A stretch of 64,000 bases of DNA. Source: an uncultured Planctomycetota bacterium. Its GTDB lineage: Bacteria > Planctomycetota > Planctomycetia > Isosphaerales > Isosphaeraceae. The position numbers and the translations under genes are program-made. Under the pieces are notes generated by a model, which worked only from the letters and a program-made list of their open reading frames with translations, had not been told where the DNA came from and made no database searches. Shown piece by piece: positions 21,609-33,372 of this stretch (position 1 is its first letter; every line of letters starts with the position of its first letter). The DNA is taken from contig CAWJTV010000034.1 in NCBI GenBank assembly GCA_963845755.1, positions 672,001 through 736,000 of the forward strand, read 5' to 3'.

Positions 21609-21917
21609 TTCGGTCCCGTCCCGACGTGGCACTGGAAGATGCTGATCTCCGGCCCGAGAACCTCGTACTGCTACCGGCGGTGGACAACGAGGCAGAATAA
21701 CACAAAAGCGCCTCGTCCGCCATTCAACACGATGTCTACCTCCCCGGTAAGTCGTTGGAAATCTTGTCAACCCCATTCGGAGAATGAAACGGCCCTGGCG
21801 GCTCCGCCGACAGGGGAGACCAACGACCGCACCGATGATACAATGCCAGCTCGTGGAGGAGGCGAGAGGAAGAATGCCTTGGTCATGACGCCAGGCCATG
21901 CCATCCAGGAAATCACT

Positions 21918-22466
21918 ATGGCATCCATCACAGTCGATTCCAACTCGGCGTTGCAAGTCGTGCAAGAGCTGTCGGTTCCCCTGGAGCGGGACATTTTCCT
22001 GCGGACCCTCATCCGCGAGCTGGCCGGCACCCTCCAGGAAGTCGTGGGCCTGGAGGAGGCCTCCGGCTTTATCAGCGTGGTCGGTCAGAACGTCGGGGAG
22101 CAGATCAACGCGAGCTACAAGGCGGCACTCGGTGTCTCGCAACTCTCCCGGGAGCAGGTGGCGGCCGTGCTCGTCGACCTGAAGCGCCGGATTCAGGGGG
22201 ATTTCTACATCATCGAGGAGGACGACGAGAAGCTCGTCTTCGGCAATCGGGCCTGCCCATTCGCCGAGAAGGTCCTCGGACGGCCTGCGATGTGCATGAT
22301 GACGTCCAACGTCTTCGGCGGCATCGCGGCGGAGAACCTCGGCTACGCAAAGGTTGTCCTGGAGGAGACCATTGCCCAGGGGCATGCGGGCTGTCGGGTG
22401 GTTGTCCACCTGAAACCGACGCCTGAAGCGGAGGCCGCCGACGGTCGCGAATACTTCGAGGGATAG
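21918..22466 (+). CDS. Methanogen output domain 1 (MetOD1, V4R-like) protein
   Basis: [14 protein letters not shown]...NRACPF...[10 protein letters not shown]...[12 protein letters not shown] pattern; AGGA RBS. Confidence 0.8.
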   Translation: MASITVDSNSALQVVQELSVPLERDIFLRTLIRELAGTLQEVVGLEEASGFISVVGQNVGEQINASYKAALGVSQLSREQVAAVLVDLKRRIQGDFYIIEEDDEKLVFGNRACPFAEKVLGRPAMCMMTSNVFGGIAAENLGYAKVVLEETIAQGHAGCRVVVHLKPTPEAEAADGREYFEG

Positions 22467-22474
22467 ATTCACCG

Positions 22475-24868
22475 ATGCCTGCTGAGATACTCCTCAAGGT
22501 CATCGACCGCTGGCCGGAAGCCATCTTGATCCTGTCGAGCGAAGGGAACATCCTGGGGGCGAACCGGCGGGTGACCCGGCTCGGGATCGACCGAGATCGA
22601 CTCCCGGGCCGACCTCTCGCCGAGATCACCGTCGAGCCGCCCGGCACGGTTGCCGCCTATCTCCGTCGGTGCACGCGGACCGCCGATCCGATCCCCGGCT
22701 CGCTGACGCTGAAGCGGGATGATGGGGGGGTGATTCCCTGCCGCTCGGATGGGAGCGTCTTGATCCCCGCTTCGGAGATCGCTGAGCCTGTGGTGATGTT
22801 CCGCCTGCAGCCGAAGGATGCCGCCGTCAGCCAGTTCCTCGAACTCAATCGGAAGATTGACCGGCTCGGTCGGGAAGTCCACCGCCGACAGCGGATCGAG
22901 CAGGAACTCCGCGAGCAGAAGGAATGGCTCAGGGTGACGCTCATGAGCATCGGCGATGCGGTCATCGCGACGGATACCCTTGGCCGAGTTGTCTTTACCA
23001 ACCCCGCCGCGCGGTCGCTCACCGGCTGGGGGGAGGCTGAGGCTTCCGGCCGGCCGCTCGACGAGGTCTTCCGCATCGTCAATGAGGTCACCCGTGGTCC
23101 CGTCGAGAACCCGGTTGAGCGGGTGCTCGCCACGGGCCAGGTCGTGGGTCTGGCCAATCACACGGTGCTCATCACCGCCGACGCCAAAGAGATCCCGATC
23201 GACGATAGCGCGGCCCCGATCATTACCGAAGACGGGCAGCTCGGCGGCGTGGTCCTCACGTTCCGCGACGTGACGGAGCGGCGGCGGGCCCAGGAGTTGA
23301 ACCAGTGGATGGCGGCGATCGTCGAGTCCTCCGACGACATCATCGCGTCCAAGACTCTGGACGGCGTGATCACCAGTTGGAACAGGGGAGCCGAGCGGAT
23401 CCTCGGCTATACCGCCGAGGAGGTCATCGGCCGGCATGTCTCCATGCTCATGCCCCCCGAACTGGTCGAGGACATGCCGCGGATTCTCGAGCGGATTCGC
23501 CGCGGCGAGAAGGTGGACCACTACCAGACCAAGCGCCAGCGGAAGGACGGGACGATCATCGACGTCTCGCTCACCGTCTCGCCGATCCGGGATGCTGTGG
23601 GGCGGATCATCGGGGCCTCGAAGATCGGCCGCGATATCACCGCGGAGAAGCGGGCTCGTGAGGAGCGGGAAGAGCTCTTGAGGGCTGCCGAGGCGGCCAA
23701 GGCCGAGGCCGAGGCCGCCAGCCACATGAAGGACGAGTTCCTGGCCATGCTCTCGCACGAGCTGAGGACCCCGCTCAACGCGATCGTCGGCTGGGTGAGC
23801 ATCTTGGGCTCCGGCCGGGTGGGGCCCGAGGACTTCCAGACGGGCCTGGAGGTCATTGGTCGCAACGCCAGGGCGCAGGCCCAGCTTGTGGAGGACCTGC
23901 TGGACGTCTCCCGCATCGTCTCGAAGAACTTCCGGCTCGATGTCCGCCGGGTAAACCTGGTGGAGGTCATCGAGGCGGCGATCGCTGCGGTGATGCCGGT
24001 GGCCGAAGCCAAGGGCGTCCGGATCGCGAAGGTCCTCGATTCGCTGGCCGGCCCGGTCTCCGGCGATGCGACCCGGCTCCAGCAGGTCGTCTGGAACCTC
24101 CTGTCCAACGCCGTGAAGTTCACGCCCGAGGGGGGCCGCGTCCAGGTCCTCCTGGAGCGGGTGAACTCGCACGCCGAGATCTCGGTCATCGACACCGGGG
24201 TCGGCATCAGTCCTGAGTTCCTGCCGCACGTCTTCGATCGTTTCCGCCAGGCCGATTCGTCCACCACGCGCCGCCATAGCGGGCTGGGGCTGGGCCTGAC
24301 GATCGTCAAGGAACTGACTGAGTTACAAGGAGGCTCAGTGCGGGCCAAGAGCCCCGGCGAGGGCCAGGGGGCGACGTTCGTCGTGACGCTACCCATCACG
24401 GTGGTGCACGGGGAGACGCCGGGGCAAGTCCGTCCGCAGGAGCACGAAGAGGGCGGATTCGGGTGTACCCAAGAGTCGCTCTCGGGTATCCGGGTGCTGG
24501 TGGTGGACGACGAGCCGGATGCCAGGCACCTGATCGGCCGCGTTTTGACGGCGTGCGGTGCGGAGGTGGCCGAGGCCGGGTCGGCGGCTGAGGCCCTGCG
24601 GCTGATCGAGTCCTCCTTGCCGGATATCCTGGTCAGCGACATCGGGATGCCGAACGTGGACGGGTACGATTTGATTCGCCAGATCCGGACTCGGCTCGCG
24701 GCGAAGGCCCTGCCGGCGGCGGCCCTGACGGCATTCGCCCGGTCAGAGGATCGGAGGCGTGCCCTGCTGGCTGGCTTCCAGACGCACGTGGCCAAGCCGG
24801 TGGACCCGGCGGAACTGGTCGCGGTCGTCGCCAGCCTCGTCGAGCGGACGGGAGGACCGCGACCATGA
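22475..24868 (+). CDS. Triple-PAS hybrid sensor histidine kinase (HisKA-HATPase-REC)
   Basis: PAS motifs, SHELRTPL, NAVKFT, DTGVG, GLGLGL, C-terminal receiver. Confidence 0.93.
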   Translation: MPAEILLKVIDRWPEAILILSSEGNILGANRRVTRLGIDRDRLPGRPLAEITVEPPGTVAAYLRRCTRTADPIPGSLTLKRDDGGVIPCRSDGSVLIPASEIAEPVVMFRLQPKDAAVSQFLELNRKIDRLGREVHRRQRIEQELREQKEWLRVTLMSIGDAVIATDTLGRVVFTNPAARSLTGWGEAEASGRPLDEVFRIVNEVTRGPVENPVERVLATGQVVGLANHTVLITADAKEIPIDDSAAPIITEDGQLGGVVLTFRDVTERRRAQELNQWMAAIVESSDDIIASKTLDGVITSWNRGAERILGYTAEEVIGRHVSMLMPPELVEDMPRILERIRRGEKVDHYQTKRQRKDGTIIDVSLTVSPIRDAVGRIIGASKIGRDITAEKRAREEREELLRAAEAAKAEAEAASHMKDEFLAMLSHELRTPLNAIVGWVSILGSGRVGPEDFQTGLEVIGRNARAQAQLVEDLLDVSRIVSKNFRLDVRRVNLVEVIEAAIAAVMPVAEAKGVRIAKVLDSLAGPVSGDATRLQQVVWNLLSNAVKFTPEGGRVQVLLERVNSHAEISVIDTGVGISPEFLPHVFDRFRQADSSTTRRHSGLGLGLTIVKELTELQGGSVRAKSPGEGQGATFVVTLPITVVHGETPGQVRPQEHEEGGFGCTQESLSGIRVLVVDDEPDARHLIGRVLTACGAEVAEAGSAAEALRLIESSLPDILVSDIGMPNVDGYDLIRQIRTRLAAKALPAAALTAFARSEDRRRALLAGFQTHVAKPVDPAELVAVVASLVERTGGPRP

Positions 24869-25096
24869 CCACGGAGGGAGAAACATCGCAATCCGTCCGA
24901 GGGATCGGACCGCCGATTGATCTAGGCCCAAATGGCCGACCTCCCAGGAACGCCGAGAGAGCCCCACTCTGGTTGGGTTGGTGGCGGGTCGGGGGGCATC
25001 GCATCAATGCTACAAGTCGCTCGCTATTCGCAGCTTATCGCGATCTACGCGGCATTCAGAAATGGTCTCTTGTTCCTCTGCCTTCTTCTCTGTCAG

Positions 25097-26174
25097 TCAC
25101 GAACACCCTTCCTCTCGCCCTGAGATCCCAATATCGAGTGTCCTTCGAATAGCGCGAGAAGGCTCAACATATTTTTGATAATATTTATCATTATTATCCA
25201 TCATTTGAACTCTCAAGCTTGCATCAGAGAAGAGCTTGCGTGCAGCATCCACACACTCCTCGGCGGTGTCGAACCCGAGGAAGTTCTGGCCCTCCTGGAA
25301 TTCGCCCGGTATCTCGTAGGACAACCTCTCCGAAACGATCGCCTTCGAGAACGCGACGTACTCGCCCATTTTCCAGCCAATCGACCGATGAAGTCCTTCC
25401 GTCGAGACGCATATCGGATAGACTCCGAGCATCTTGACGTAGTTCTCCTTCTGGGAAACCTCGTCGTCGTGCAAGAGTAATTCCGTGTAATTCCTGACGG
25501 CATAATCGGTACGCTCGAATCCCCCGAAGAAGTCGCCGCCAAATTCTCGCCTCAGCGCTTCGAGGCAGCGTGCTCTTGTTTCATTCAGGCGAATCCTCTG
25601 TCTCGCCTTTTCTTCGGACCTGTCCGGGTGATCGAACGGGTCCCAGGTACGGGTCACGAACAGGACTTTCGGGGGTAGACCTTCCACGGGGGGGGAATAC
25701 ATGTTCGCGGGCGTCGGGCGGAATAACGGCATCTCGCGGCTCTGGGGAGCGTTCGATGGACTCGAACACCGCGCGAAAGCACGGACCCTCTCGGATTCAA
25801 GGTCGTCGAACGAGTCCGGATATAACGGGTAGCTTAGCCCGAGGGGAACGACTTTGCTCGTGAGAGCCGTGGGGATCCGAGGGTGCGAGTAGCTGCGCTT
25901 GAAGTAAAGGTCGAACGCCCTCCGCTGCCTCGCCATCGATCTCATCGCTGTCATGGTTGTCGTAATATAATCGAACGGTCCCATTCACGACGACCAGCAG
26001 ATGGGCCAGCCGGGCGTCACGGAGATGCTGAGGCTTACTGATATCGAAAGCCTTATCGATAAGGCACTCCTGCGACAGGGTAACCGCCCCGGCCCCTCGC
26101 AACAGGGCAAATCCGGTGAATAATTTCGATACGTGTACCGAATTACCATAGCAATATATTGTGCAATGCAGCAT
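25097..26174 (-). CDS. Glycosyltransferase-like hypothetical protein (frameshifted, lower GC)
   Basis: ORFs 25797-26174 and 25097-25984; GT-B-like C-terminus SIGWKMGEYVAFSKAIVSE...EGQNFL. Confidence 0.55.
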
Positions 26175-26306
26175 TCCGATCCCCTCATCATTCTCACGAA
26201 ATGGTATCCGGAGGCGAATCGAGGGAAGCGGGGGATGGGCGAAACGGGGGACGTGCTTAATGCTGATGTCGGGGTCGTTGTTCGCGACCCGGAGCGAAGC
26301 TCTCGA

Positions 26307-27212
26307 TCACACGAAGAGCGACTCGACGAAGGTATCGGCATCGAACGGCTGCAGGTCGTCGATGGCCTCGCCGACACCGATGAATTTGACGGGCAGGTTG
26401 ATGTTCTGGCGGACGGCGACGACGACACCCCCCTTGGCCGTGCCGTCGAGCTTGGTGAGGATCACGCCGGTGCAGCCGATGCTCTTCGTGAAGACCTCGG
26501 CCTGACGAATGGCATTCTGGCCATTGGTGGCGTCGATCACGAGGAGCACCTCGTCGGGCGCACCGGGGATCTGCCGCTGGACGATGGCGCGGATCTTCTC
26601 GAGCTCGCGCATCAGGTGAGTCTGGGTATGGAGCCGGCCGGCGGTGTCAACGATCAGGACGTCGACGGCGCGGACCAGGGCGCGCTGGCAGGCATCGTGG
26701 GCCACGCTGGCCGGGTCGGCGCCGGGAGACCCACGGACGATCTCACAGCCGGCGCGGCCGGCCCAGATCGCAAGCTGATCGGCCGCGGCGGCCCGGAACG
26801 TGTCGCAGGCGGCCAGCAGAATCGTGTTGCCCTCATCCTTCAGCCGCTGTGCCAGCTTGGCGATCGAGGTGGTCTTTCCCGAGCCGTTGACCCCGGCAAT
26901 CAGGTAGACGCTCGGCTTCTTGGGGGAGACCACCAGCGCCCCCGGCCTGGGGTCCTCCAGAAGTCCCTTGAGCTCGGATTTTACGAATGCCAGGAGGTTC
27001 TCGTCGGCCGTCTGGTCGGCGAACGATTCCCGCACCCGGTCGATCAGGCGCGTCGTTGCGGAGACGCCCACGTCCGCCTGGATCAGCTTGCTCTCCAGGT
27101 CGTCCAGGAACGACTGGTCAACCTTCCGCCCGAACCACGAGCGGACGTTGAAAAGCTGGGCCGTCCGGGCCAGCCCCTTCTTGAACCGTTCCAGTAATCC
27201 TGAGATTGCCAT
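26307..27212 (-). CDS. ftsY: SRP receptor GTPase FtsY
   Basis: GVNGSGKTTSIAKLA, DTFRAAA, DTAGR, TKLDGTAKGG. Confidence 0.97.
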   Translation of the reverse strand: MAISGLLERFKKGLARTAQLFNVRSWFGRKVDQSFLDDLESKLIQADVGVSATTRLIDRVRESFADQTADENLLAFVKSELKGLLEDPRPGALVVSPKKPSVYLIAGVNGSGKTTSIAKLAQRLKDEGNTILLAACDTFRAAAADQLAIWAGRAGCEIVRGSPGADPASVAHDACQRALVRAVDVLIVDTAGRLHTQTHLMRELEKIRAIVQRQIPGAPDEVLLVIDATNGQNAIRQAEVFTKSIGCTGVILTKLDGTAKGGVVVAVRQNINLPVKFIGVGEAIDDLQPFDADTFVESLFV

Positions 27213-27266
27213 GGTCAGTCGTCAGTGGTCCGTGGTCAGTAGTCAGAAACCCATAGTCCGTGGTCA
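27213..27266. repeat. Short tandem heptamer repeats (GTCAGTN)
   Basis: gtcagtc gtcagtg gtccgtg gtcagta gtcagaa between nusB and ftsY. Confidence 0.6.
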
Positions 27267-27282
27267 GGGCCGCGACGGCGCC

Positions 27283-27741
27283 TCATTGACTACCGGCTTC
27301 ATCCGGCTCCGGCTCGGGACCCGCCTTCGGATCCGGTATCTGCCATTGCAGGACGCGGTCGAGGATTCCGTTGACGAACCGGCTCGACTGGGCCGTACTG
27401 TACCGCTTGGCCAACTCGAGGGCTTCGTTGATCGCGACTCGGGCCGGGACCTCGGGACAGAACAACATCTCGTAAGCACCCAGGCGGAGGATATTTCGGT
27501 CGATGGCCGCCATGCGGTCGAGCCTCCAGTTCTCGGCGACCTGCGAGATCAAGTCATCGATCCGCTCCTGGTGTTCCTTCACCCCGGAGATCAGCCCTTC
27601 GGTGAACTCGCTGAGCTTGCGATCGTTCAGCAGCCGGCGCTGGATGAACCGACGCACTTCCTCGGGGGTGACCCCAGGGTTCTGCTCCACCTGGTAGAGG
27701 ATCTGGAGGGCGACTTCACGGCCTCGGGATCGTCGCGTCAT
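27283..27741 (-). CDS. nusB: Transcription antitermination factor NusB
   Basis: RRSRGREVALQILYQ, DRNILRLG, INEALELAKRY, FVNGILD. Confidence 0.96.
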   Translation of the reverse strand: MTRRSRGREVALQILYQVEQNPGVTPEEVRRFIQRRLLNDRKLSEFTEGLISGVKEHQERIDDLISQVAENWRLDRMAAIDRNILRLGAYEMLFCPEVPARVAINEALELAKRYSTAQSSRFVNGILDRVLQWQIPDPKAGPEPEPDEAGSQ

Positions 27742-28143
27742 GATCGGGTGGTCTCACACCGCTCCGGGCACGCGGCAACCACGTCGCATCGCCAGGACTC
27801 GCCGCAAGAGGCCGGATCGATCCATCGATCCGCCGCCGTGGTCGAGCCCCAGCCGGTACGATCCGGCGCATCAGCCGGGGTCGTGCGGCCCGTTGAGGGT
27901 TCGGTTCCGTTCGATTCGAGGCGGGCCGGGATGCTTCGTCATGCCCGTGTCGCCCTGGGTTTCCTCCGCTTCTTCTATGCGGAATGATACGCCAAGGCAG
28001 GCCAAGCCGGAAAGGGGGGAGCGCTCAATCGGATGACGGGTGACACGAGGTGGGTGGCGGGTATGATACGGTCACCGGATCGTGATTCCTGGGTCAACGG
28101 CCGGCTGCACCACACCATCCGAGAGGGCGCTGGGCCGCGAACG

Positions 28144-29865
28144 ATGCTGCGAATCGCACGCCACCCACTCCGCGTCGCCCGATTCCTCCTGCTGGCCGTG
28201 GTCTGCGCACTGATCGGTGTCGCGCTGGTGCTGACGCGAGATGGGGTGAACTGGATCGGCCCCCTCCGATTTCTGGTGCGTCGGGCGGCGATCGGGGTGC
28301 TGGGGACGATGCTTGCGGGGTACCTTGCGGTGTTCCCGACGGCCGTGGCGAGTACGGTTCTCTCCGGATGGATGGTCTGGCGATCTGGACGGGCGGGGAC
28401 GAATCGGGCCGGATTCGGCAGGTTCAGGTTGTCCCGGTCGGCCGCCTTACGGTGGCTGCTCCTCTCCAGCTCGACGGTTGTCGGACTCGCCCTGGTGGAG
28501 GCAGCCTCGGCGGCCTGGCTGGCGTGGATCCATCGCCTGCCGGCGTTGGCGGACCGGCAAGTCAGGCCGGCGCGAACGGGCATCGAGGTGTCGATCGTGG
28601 TGATCGGCGGTTCGAGCGCCCTGGGCGTGCCGTACGAGGGATGGCTTTCCGTGGGAACGATCGTCGGCCGCGAACTCGGCCGGGCGATCCCGAACCGACG
28701 GTTCCGGGTCGAGATCCTGGCGAAACGCGGGGCGACCCTGGAAGATCAGCATCGGGAACTGGCCCGACGGCTCCACGGGCCGGATGTCTTGATCGTCTAT
28801 TCGGGGCACAACGAGTTCGTGACCCGGTTCTCCTGGTTGCATCGGACGGCCTACTACCTTGACGATTCGTTCGCCGGCCGCCACTGGGACGCGCTTCAGC
28901 AACTGTCCGGAGTCTCGCCGCTGTTCCGACTGCTCCGGGAAAACCTGGAGAGGCAGCGCGTCGGACTGATCCCGACGCGGGTGTTTGGTCCTCGGGAGAC
29001 GCTCGTGGGCCGGCCCGTATACACGACCGACGAGAGGTCCGCCATCGAGGACGACTTTCGGCACCGGCTGGAATCGATCGTCGCGGACTGCGAGCGGATC
29101 GGTTGCCTGCCTGTCCTGATCGTTCCCGCCAGCCGCGACTCCTGGGACCCGAATCAATCGTATGGGGCCGCCTCGATGTCGCTAACGCAGCGCGAAGCGC
29201 TGTTCCGACAAATGACGGCGATCCGCCTTCGGGAGGTCGAAGACCCAGCCGATGCACTGGCCGGTTATCGAGACATCCTCGACGATCAACCGACGCTGGC
29301 CGAGGCGCACTACCGGCTGGCGCGTCGGCTCGAGTCGGCCGGGTCGTTCGCCGAGGCCAGGCACCACTACGTCCTGGCCCGCGATTGCGACGGCCTGCCG
29401 ATGCGCTGCACCACGTCGCTGGAAGACGCCTATCGCGTCGCAGCGGAGCGGTCGTCCCACGCGATCCTGATCGACGGCCCGGCGGTCCTGAGGGCTCGCT
29501 CACTCCACGGCATCCTCGACGATGTCTGGTTTCACGACAACGTCCACCCGACGCTCCGCGGTCATGTCGCGCTCGCCGAGGCGGTGCTCGGCCATCTGAA
29601 AGTCCACCGGGCCCTGGATTGGCCGGAGTCCCTCGTCGCCCCGGTGCTGGATTCCGCCCGCTGTGCCGTCGAGTTTGGCCTCGACCCCCGGGCCTGGGCC
29701 ACTGTCTGCGATCGGACGGTCAACCAGCTCAACCTGATCGCGCTGGTCCCTTTCGATCCGGCCGAACGGATCCGGCTTCGCGATCGCTACGCCATCGCCG
29801 CCGACCGGATCCGCGCCGGGACACGGCCGGAGGACGCCGGCATCCCCGGTGCCACCTCCAATTAA
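28144..29865 (+). CDS. Membrane-anchored SGNH/GDSL-like protein with TPR segment
   Basis: N-terminal TM helices, IGGSSA, YSGHNEF, DNVHPT, AEAHYRLA. Confidence 0.7.
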   Translation: MLRIARHPLRVARFLLLAVVCALIGVALVLTRDGVNWIGPLRFLVRRAAIGVLGTMLAGYLAVFPTAVASTVLSGWMVWRSGRAGTNRAGFGRFRLSRSAALRWLLLSSSTVVGLALVEAASAAWLAWIHRLPALADRQVRPARTGIEVSIVVIGGSSALGVPYEGWLSVGTIVGRELGRAIPNRRFRVEILAKRGATLEDQHRELARRLHGPDVLIVYSGHNEFVTRFSWLHRTAYYLDDSFAGRHWDALQQLSGVSPLFRLLRENLERQRVGLIPTRVFGPRETLVGRPVYTTDERSAIEDDFRHRLESIVADCERIGCLPVLIVPASRDSWDPNQSYGAASMSLTQREALFRQMTAIRLREVEDPADALAGYRDILDDQPTLAEAHYRLARRLESAGSFAEARHHYVLARDCDGLPMRCTTSLEDAYRVAAERSSHAILIDGPAVLRARSLHGILDDVWFHDNVHPTLRGHVALAEAVLGHLKVHRALDWPESLVAPVLDSARCAVEFGLDPRAWATVCDRTVNQLNLIALVPFDPAERIRLRDRYAIAADRIRAGTRPEDAGIPGATSN

Positions 29866-30430
29866 ACGTCCTATGGGTTCCTAAGGTGGGACGAAATCTC
29901 GGAACCCCTGACACCCGGCTGCCTTCCCGAATTGTCGGTACTCCGCCGGCAAGACGTCCCCGCGACCGCGAACCCTGCGGATCATCGAATCGCTCGTCTC
30001 GGGAGTAGAAAAAATCGACCTTTCATCAGACAATCGTTAGTGGGACCATGCGAAACGTCAAACCCGGAGCCGGGCATGGCAACATGATCGACGGGAGCAC
30101 GCGAGATTAAGACACCAATGACATATGGATTTCATTGGTAAGCCTAAAAGGGAGCGGAAAGCGTCGACCGCTGACCTAACGACCTGGGCATCAAGACAAT
30201 GCGTTCGCGAGGGGGAGGATTCTCGGCGGCACAGCGTTCGCTGTACGGTATCGTCAAGTTTTTGTGACAGGGCGAGCGTTGATGGTAGGAGGACTGATTG
30301 CTGATATCGCTTATCGGGCCTATGCTTAGGGAAAGATTGAGAGTGATTTGCCGACATGGTAAACTCGCGGCAGATCGATCCCTTGGCGACGTGGTTTTCC
30401 CGCTGTGATGATGCAGCTTCAGGATAATTC

Positions 30431-33278
30431 ATGCTGGATCCACAGACATCGCGATTCTGGCAGGCGGCCGTCCTCAGCAGTTTGATGGACGTGGAGAGCC
30501 TCACTCGCTGCTGGAACGCCATCCCATCGAGTAAGCGGGAGGCCGCGGAGCACATCGACCGCCGGCTGGCGCGGCAGGCGGTCCAGTCGCGCACCTTGAC
30601 GCTCTGGCAGGCGCAACAGCTCCTGGCAGGTCGGACCAGCGGGTTCAAGGTGGACCGTTACGTGTTGCTGGACTTGATCGGCCAAGGGGGGATGGGCCGA
30701 GTCTACCTGGCGCGGGACACGCGTCTGAACCGCCGGGTGGCGTTGAAGATCCTGTCGCCCGAGCGAATCAACAATCCCCGGGCGGTCGCCCGGTTCCAGC
30801 GCGAGGCAAGGGTCGGTGCCCAGTTGCAGCACGAGAACCTCGTGCGCGTCTACGACTTCGGCGAATCGAACGGCCGATACTTCCTCGTCATGGAATATAT
30901 CGAGGGCCGGACGATCGGCCACTTGATCTCCGAACAGGGGCCATTGCCCGCGGGAACGGCGGTGCGGCTGGTCCGGCAGGTGGCCTTGGGGCTGAGTCAT
31001 GCCCACAACAAGGGTCTGATCCATCGGGACGTCAACCCTTACAACATCATGGTCACCCACGACGAGACCGCCAAGCTGGCCGACCTGGGACTGGCGATCG
31101 ACTTGACCGAAGATGCGCCGCGTCACGAAGGACGGGGCGACCGTGGGCACATTCGACTATGTCGCCCCCGAGCAGGCGCGGCATTCCCATGCCGCCGACA
31201 TCCGGAGCGATATCTACTCGCTAGGGTGCACGCTGTATCACATGCTCTCTGGTCAGGTCCCATTCCCCACTCCGAGCTTGCCCGCGAAGCTTTTCGGACA
31301 CCAGGCGCTGGAGGCGAAGCCCGTGGAGACCCTGGTCTCCGGTGTGCCCGCGGGACTGGCCGAGGTGGTGCGCACGATGATGCGCAAGTCGCCCGACGAG
31401 CGATACGCGACGCCGATGCAGGTGGCGCAGGCCCTCGAGCCCTACCTGGACGAGTATGCGGAAGTGGGACTTCGCGGCGACGGTGCGATGCGGTCGTCCC
31501 CCCCGCCGGGTACCCAGGCCTCGCCCCATCCGGACGAGGGCCGCATCGCGTCCGGCGAGGCAGCCACGCCGACCGCGGCGTCGTCGCGGTCCGACGAGGA
31601 CGGGACCGTCGCCCTCTCCCGATCCGACGCCCAGCCGGGTTCCGCCGCACTGAGTCCCCCGGTCGTTCCCGTCACCTTGGTGCGAGGTTCCGGTGCGACG
31701 GACGAAGACAGCACTCAGTCCTCTTCTTCCTCCGACCTCGACAGCCCGGCGCTTCCCTTGCTTACCCCGGTGAACGACGTCGTCGAGGATGGCGACACCG
31801 GCTCGATCGTCATCGACCTGGGTCCCGAGCCGCCGCTGAGCGATCGGCTGGCGCGGTCCAAGTCGCGATCCCCGGCCGCCGCGCCCGGCCTCCATCCTCT
31901 GCTGGACCCGCTGCTCGACGGGAAAGACGCGAGGCCCACGAACTCGACGTCGCACGGATCGACGTGGTGGTCGCCGGTGTATTCGCCCTGGGGAATCGTC
32001 GCGCTCGCCGTGCTTGCCGGCATGGTGGTCGTCCTCCTCGGACTGGCCGTGTGGCCCCGCCCACTCTCGAGGCCCCATGCCAGGCCGGATGACGCGACCG
32101 AGACCCGACCGACGCCGGACCTCGAAACGAAGGCGGACTCCCACCAAAACGTCGGGACGCAAGAGTCCGACATCATCGTCCGCATCGAGAATCCGGGGAC
32201 GAAGGATGCGTCGAGGGAGAAGCCGGCCCAGGACCTGGTGGAAGCGATCGAGACTGCCATGGGAAACCTGGGTTACGTCGAGTTGCGAAATCGACGGCCG
32301 TTGATCCTCCAAGCGGGGCGGATCCCCAATCTGGGTTCGGCCCGGAAGGCGAAGGTGGATATTCGCGCCGCACCCGGGATCGTGCCCACTCTCGTGATTC
32401 AGTTCGGCGGCGACAAGGCTTTCTTGCGGACCGGATCGACGGTGTCCCTCTCGCTCTCCGGGCTGGACATCCAGGTCCAGTACGTCCCCAGGCCGGGGGG
32501 CGCCGCCCCGTCCCGCTGATCGAAGCCGGCGGTCCCGTCAAGCTCGATCGTTGCGCTTTTCAGGTCGTGGACGGTCCGCCACCCGAGGGCTGCCTTGCCC
32601 TGGCCGTGGATAGCCAGGTCCTGACCGTCGAGGACTGCTGGTTCCAGGGGTTCGACACGGCAATCAAAGTCCAGTCCTATGAGTCGACGGTCGCACAGAT
32701 CCGCCAGACGATGATCGTGTCCTGTCCGAGGATGAACGAACGGCGTGGCTCTGGCGTGGAGCTCGATCTCGCGGCCGGCGGTGTGGTCGCTGGCGTCTCG
32801 CGGCGGTTGTTGATGGAGCATTGTACTTTCGAAGGTGCGGGCTTCCTGAAACTCGTCCCCGAGTCGATCCACTCGCCCCTGGAGATCGAGGTCACGCGTT
32901 GCGCCGTGCCGCACCGATTGGCTCGTGGCCTGGAACCCTTCGAAGCCCGAGGACGTGTTCGCGACCCAGTTCCACTGGCAGGGTGAGAGAAATCGGTTCG
33001 CGATCCTTGGGAACTCGTGGATCGAGCTCTCCGAGAAGGACGGGCCCGCGCTCACGACCGAGGTTACCGACCTGGACAGTTGGTCGAAGTTCGCCGTCCA
33101 CGAGCACGACCCGATCCGGACCGAACTGCGATACCGGAACAATCCCGAGGCACGGACCCAATCCTTACAGCCCGGAGATTTCGCCTTCGACTCGCCAGAC
33201 CCCCCCGGCGCCGACTCCGATCAAGTCGGGCCCTGGGGCCAGTTGAGAACCGAACATGCGGCGCGGACACCCGACTGA
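30431..33278 (+). CDS. Transmembrane Ser/Thr protein kinase with beta-helix-like extracellular part (multiple frameshifts)
   Basis: GQGGMGRVY, VALK, HRDVNPYN, DLGLA, GTFDYVAPE; TM helix; continues in ORFs 31113-32519, 32567-32986, 32925-33278. Confidence 0.85.
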
Positions 33279-33372
33279 CATTCCGGGCCGGCGACATCTT
33301 CCGCCCGTTGCAACCCCGGGGAACTTCTAGAATCCGAGTAGCCCCGATCCTGCTCCCGAGGGGACTTCCATC

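Noticed and set aside
30000..30430. AT-richer intergenic stretches (also 49870-50270, 50850-51120) as riboswitch or sRNA
   Set aside because: No recognisable conserved RNA motif by eye; a covariance-model search would be needed
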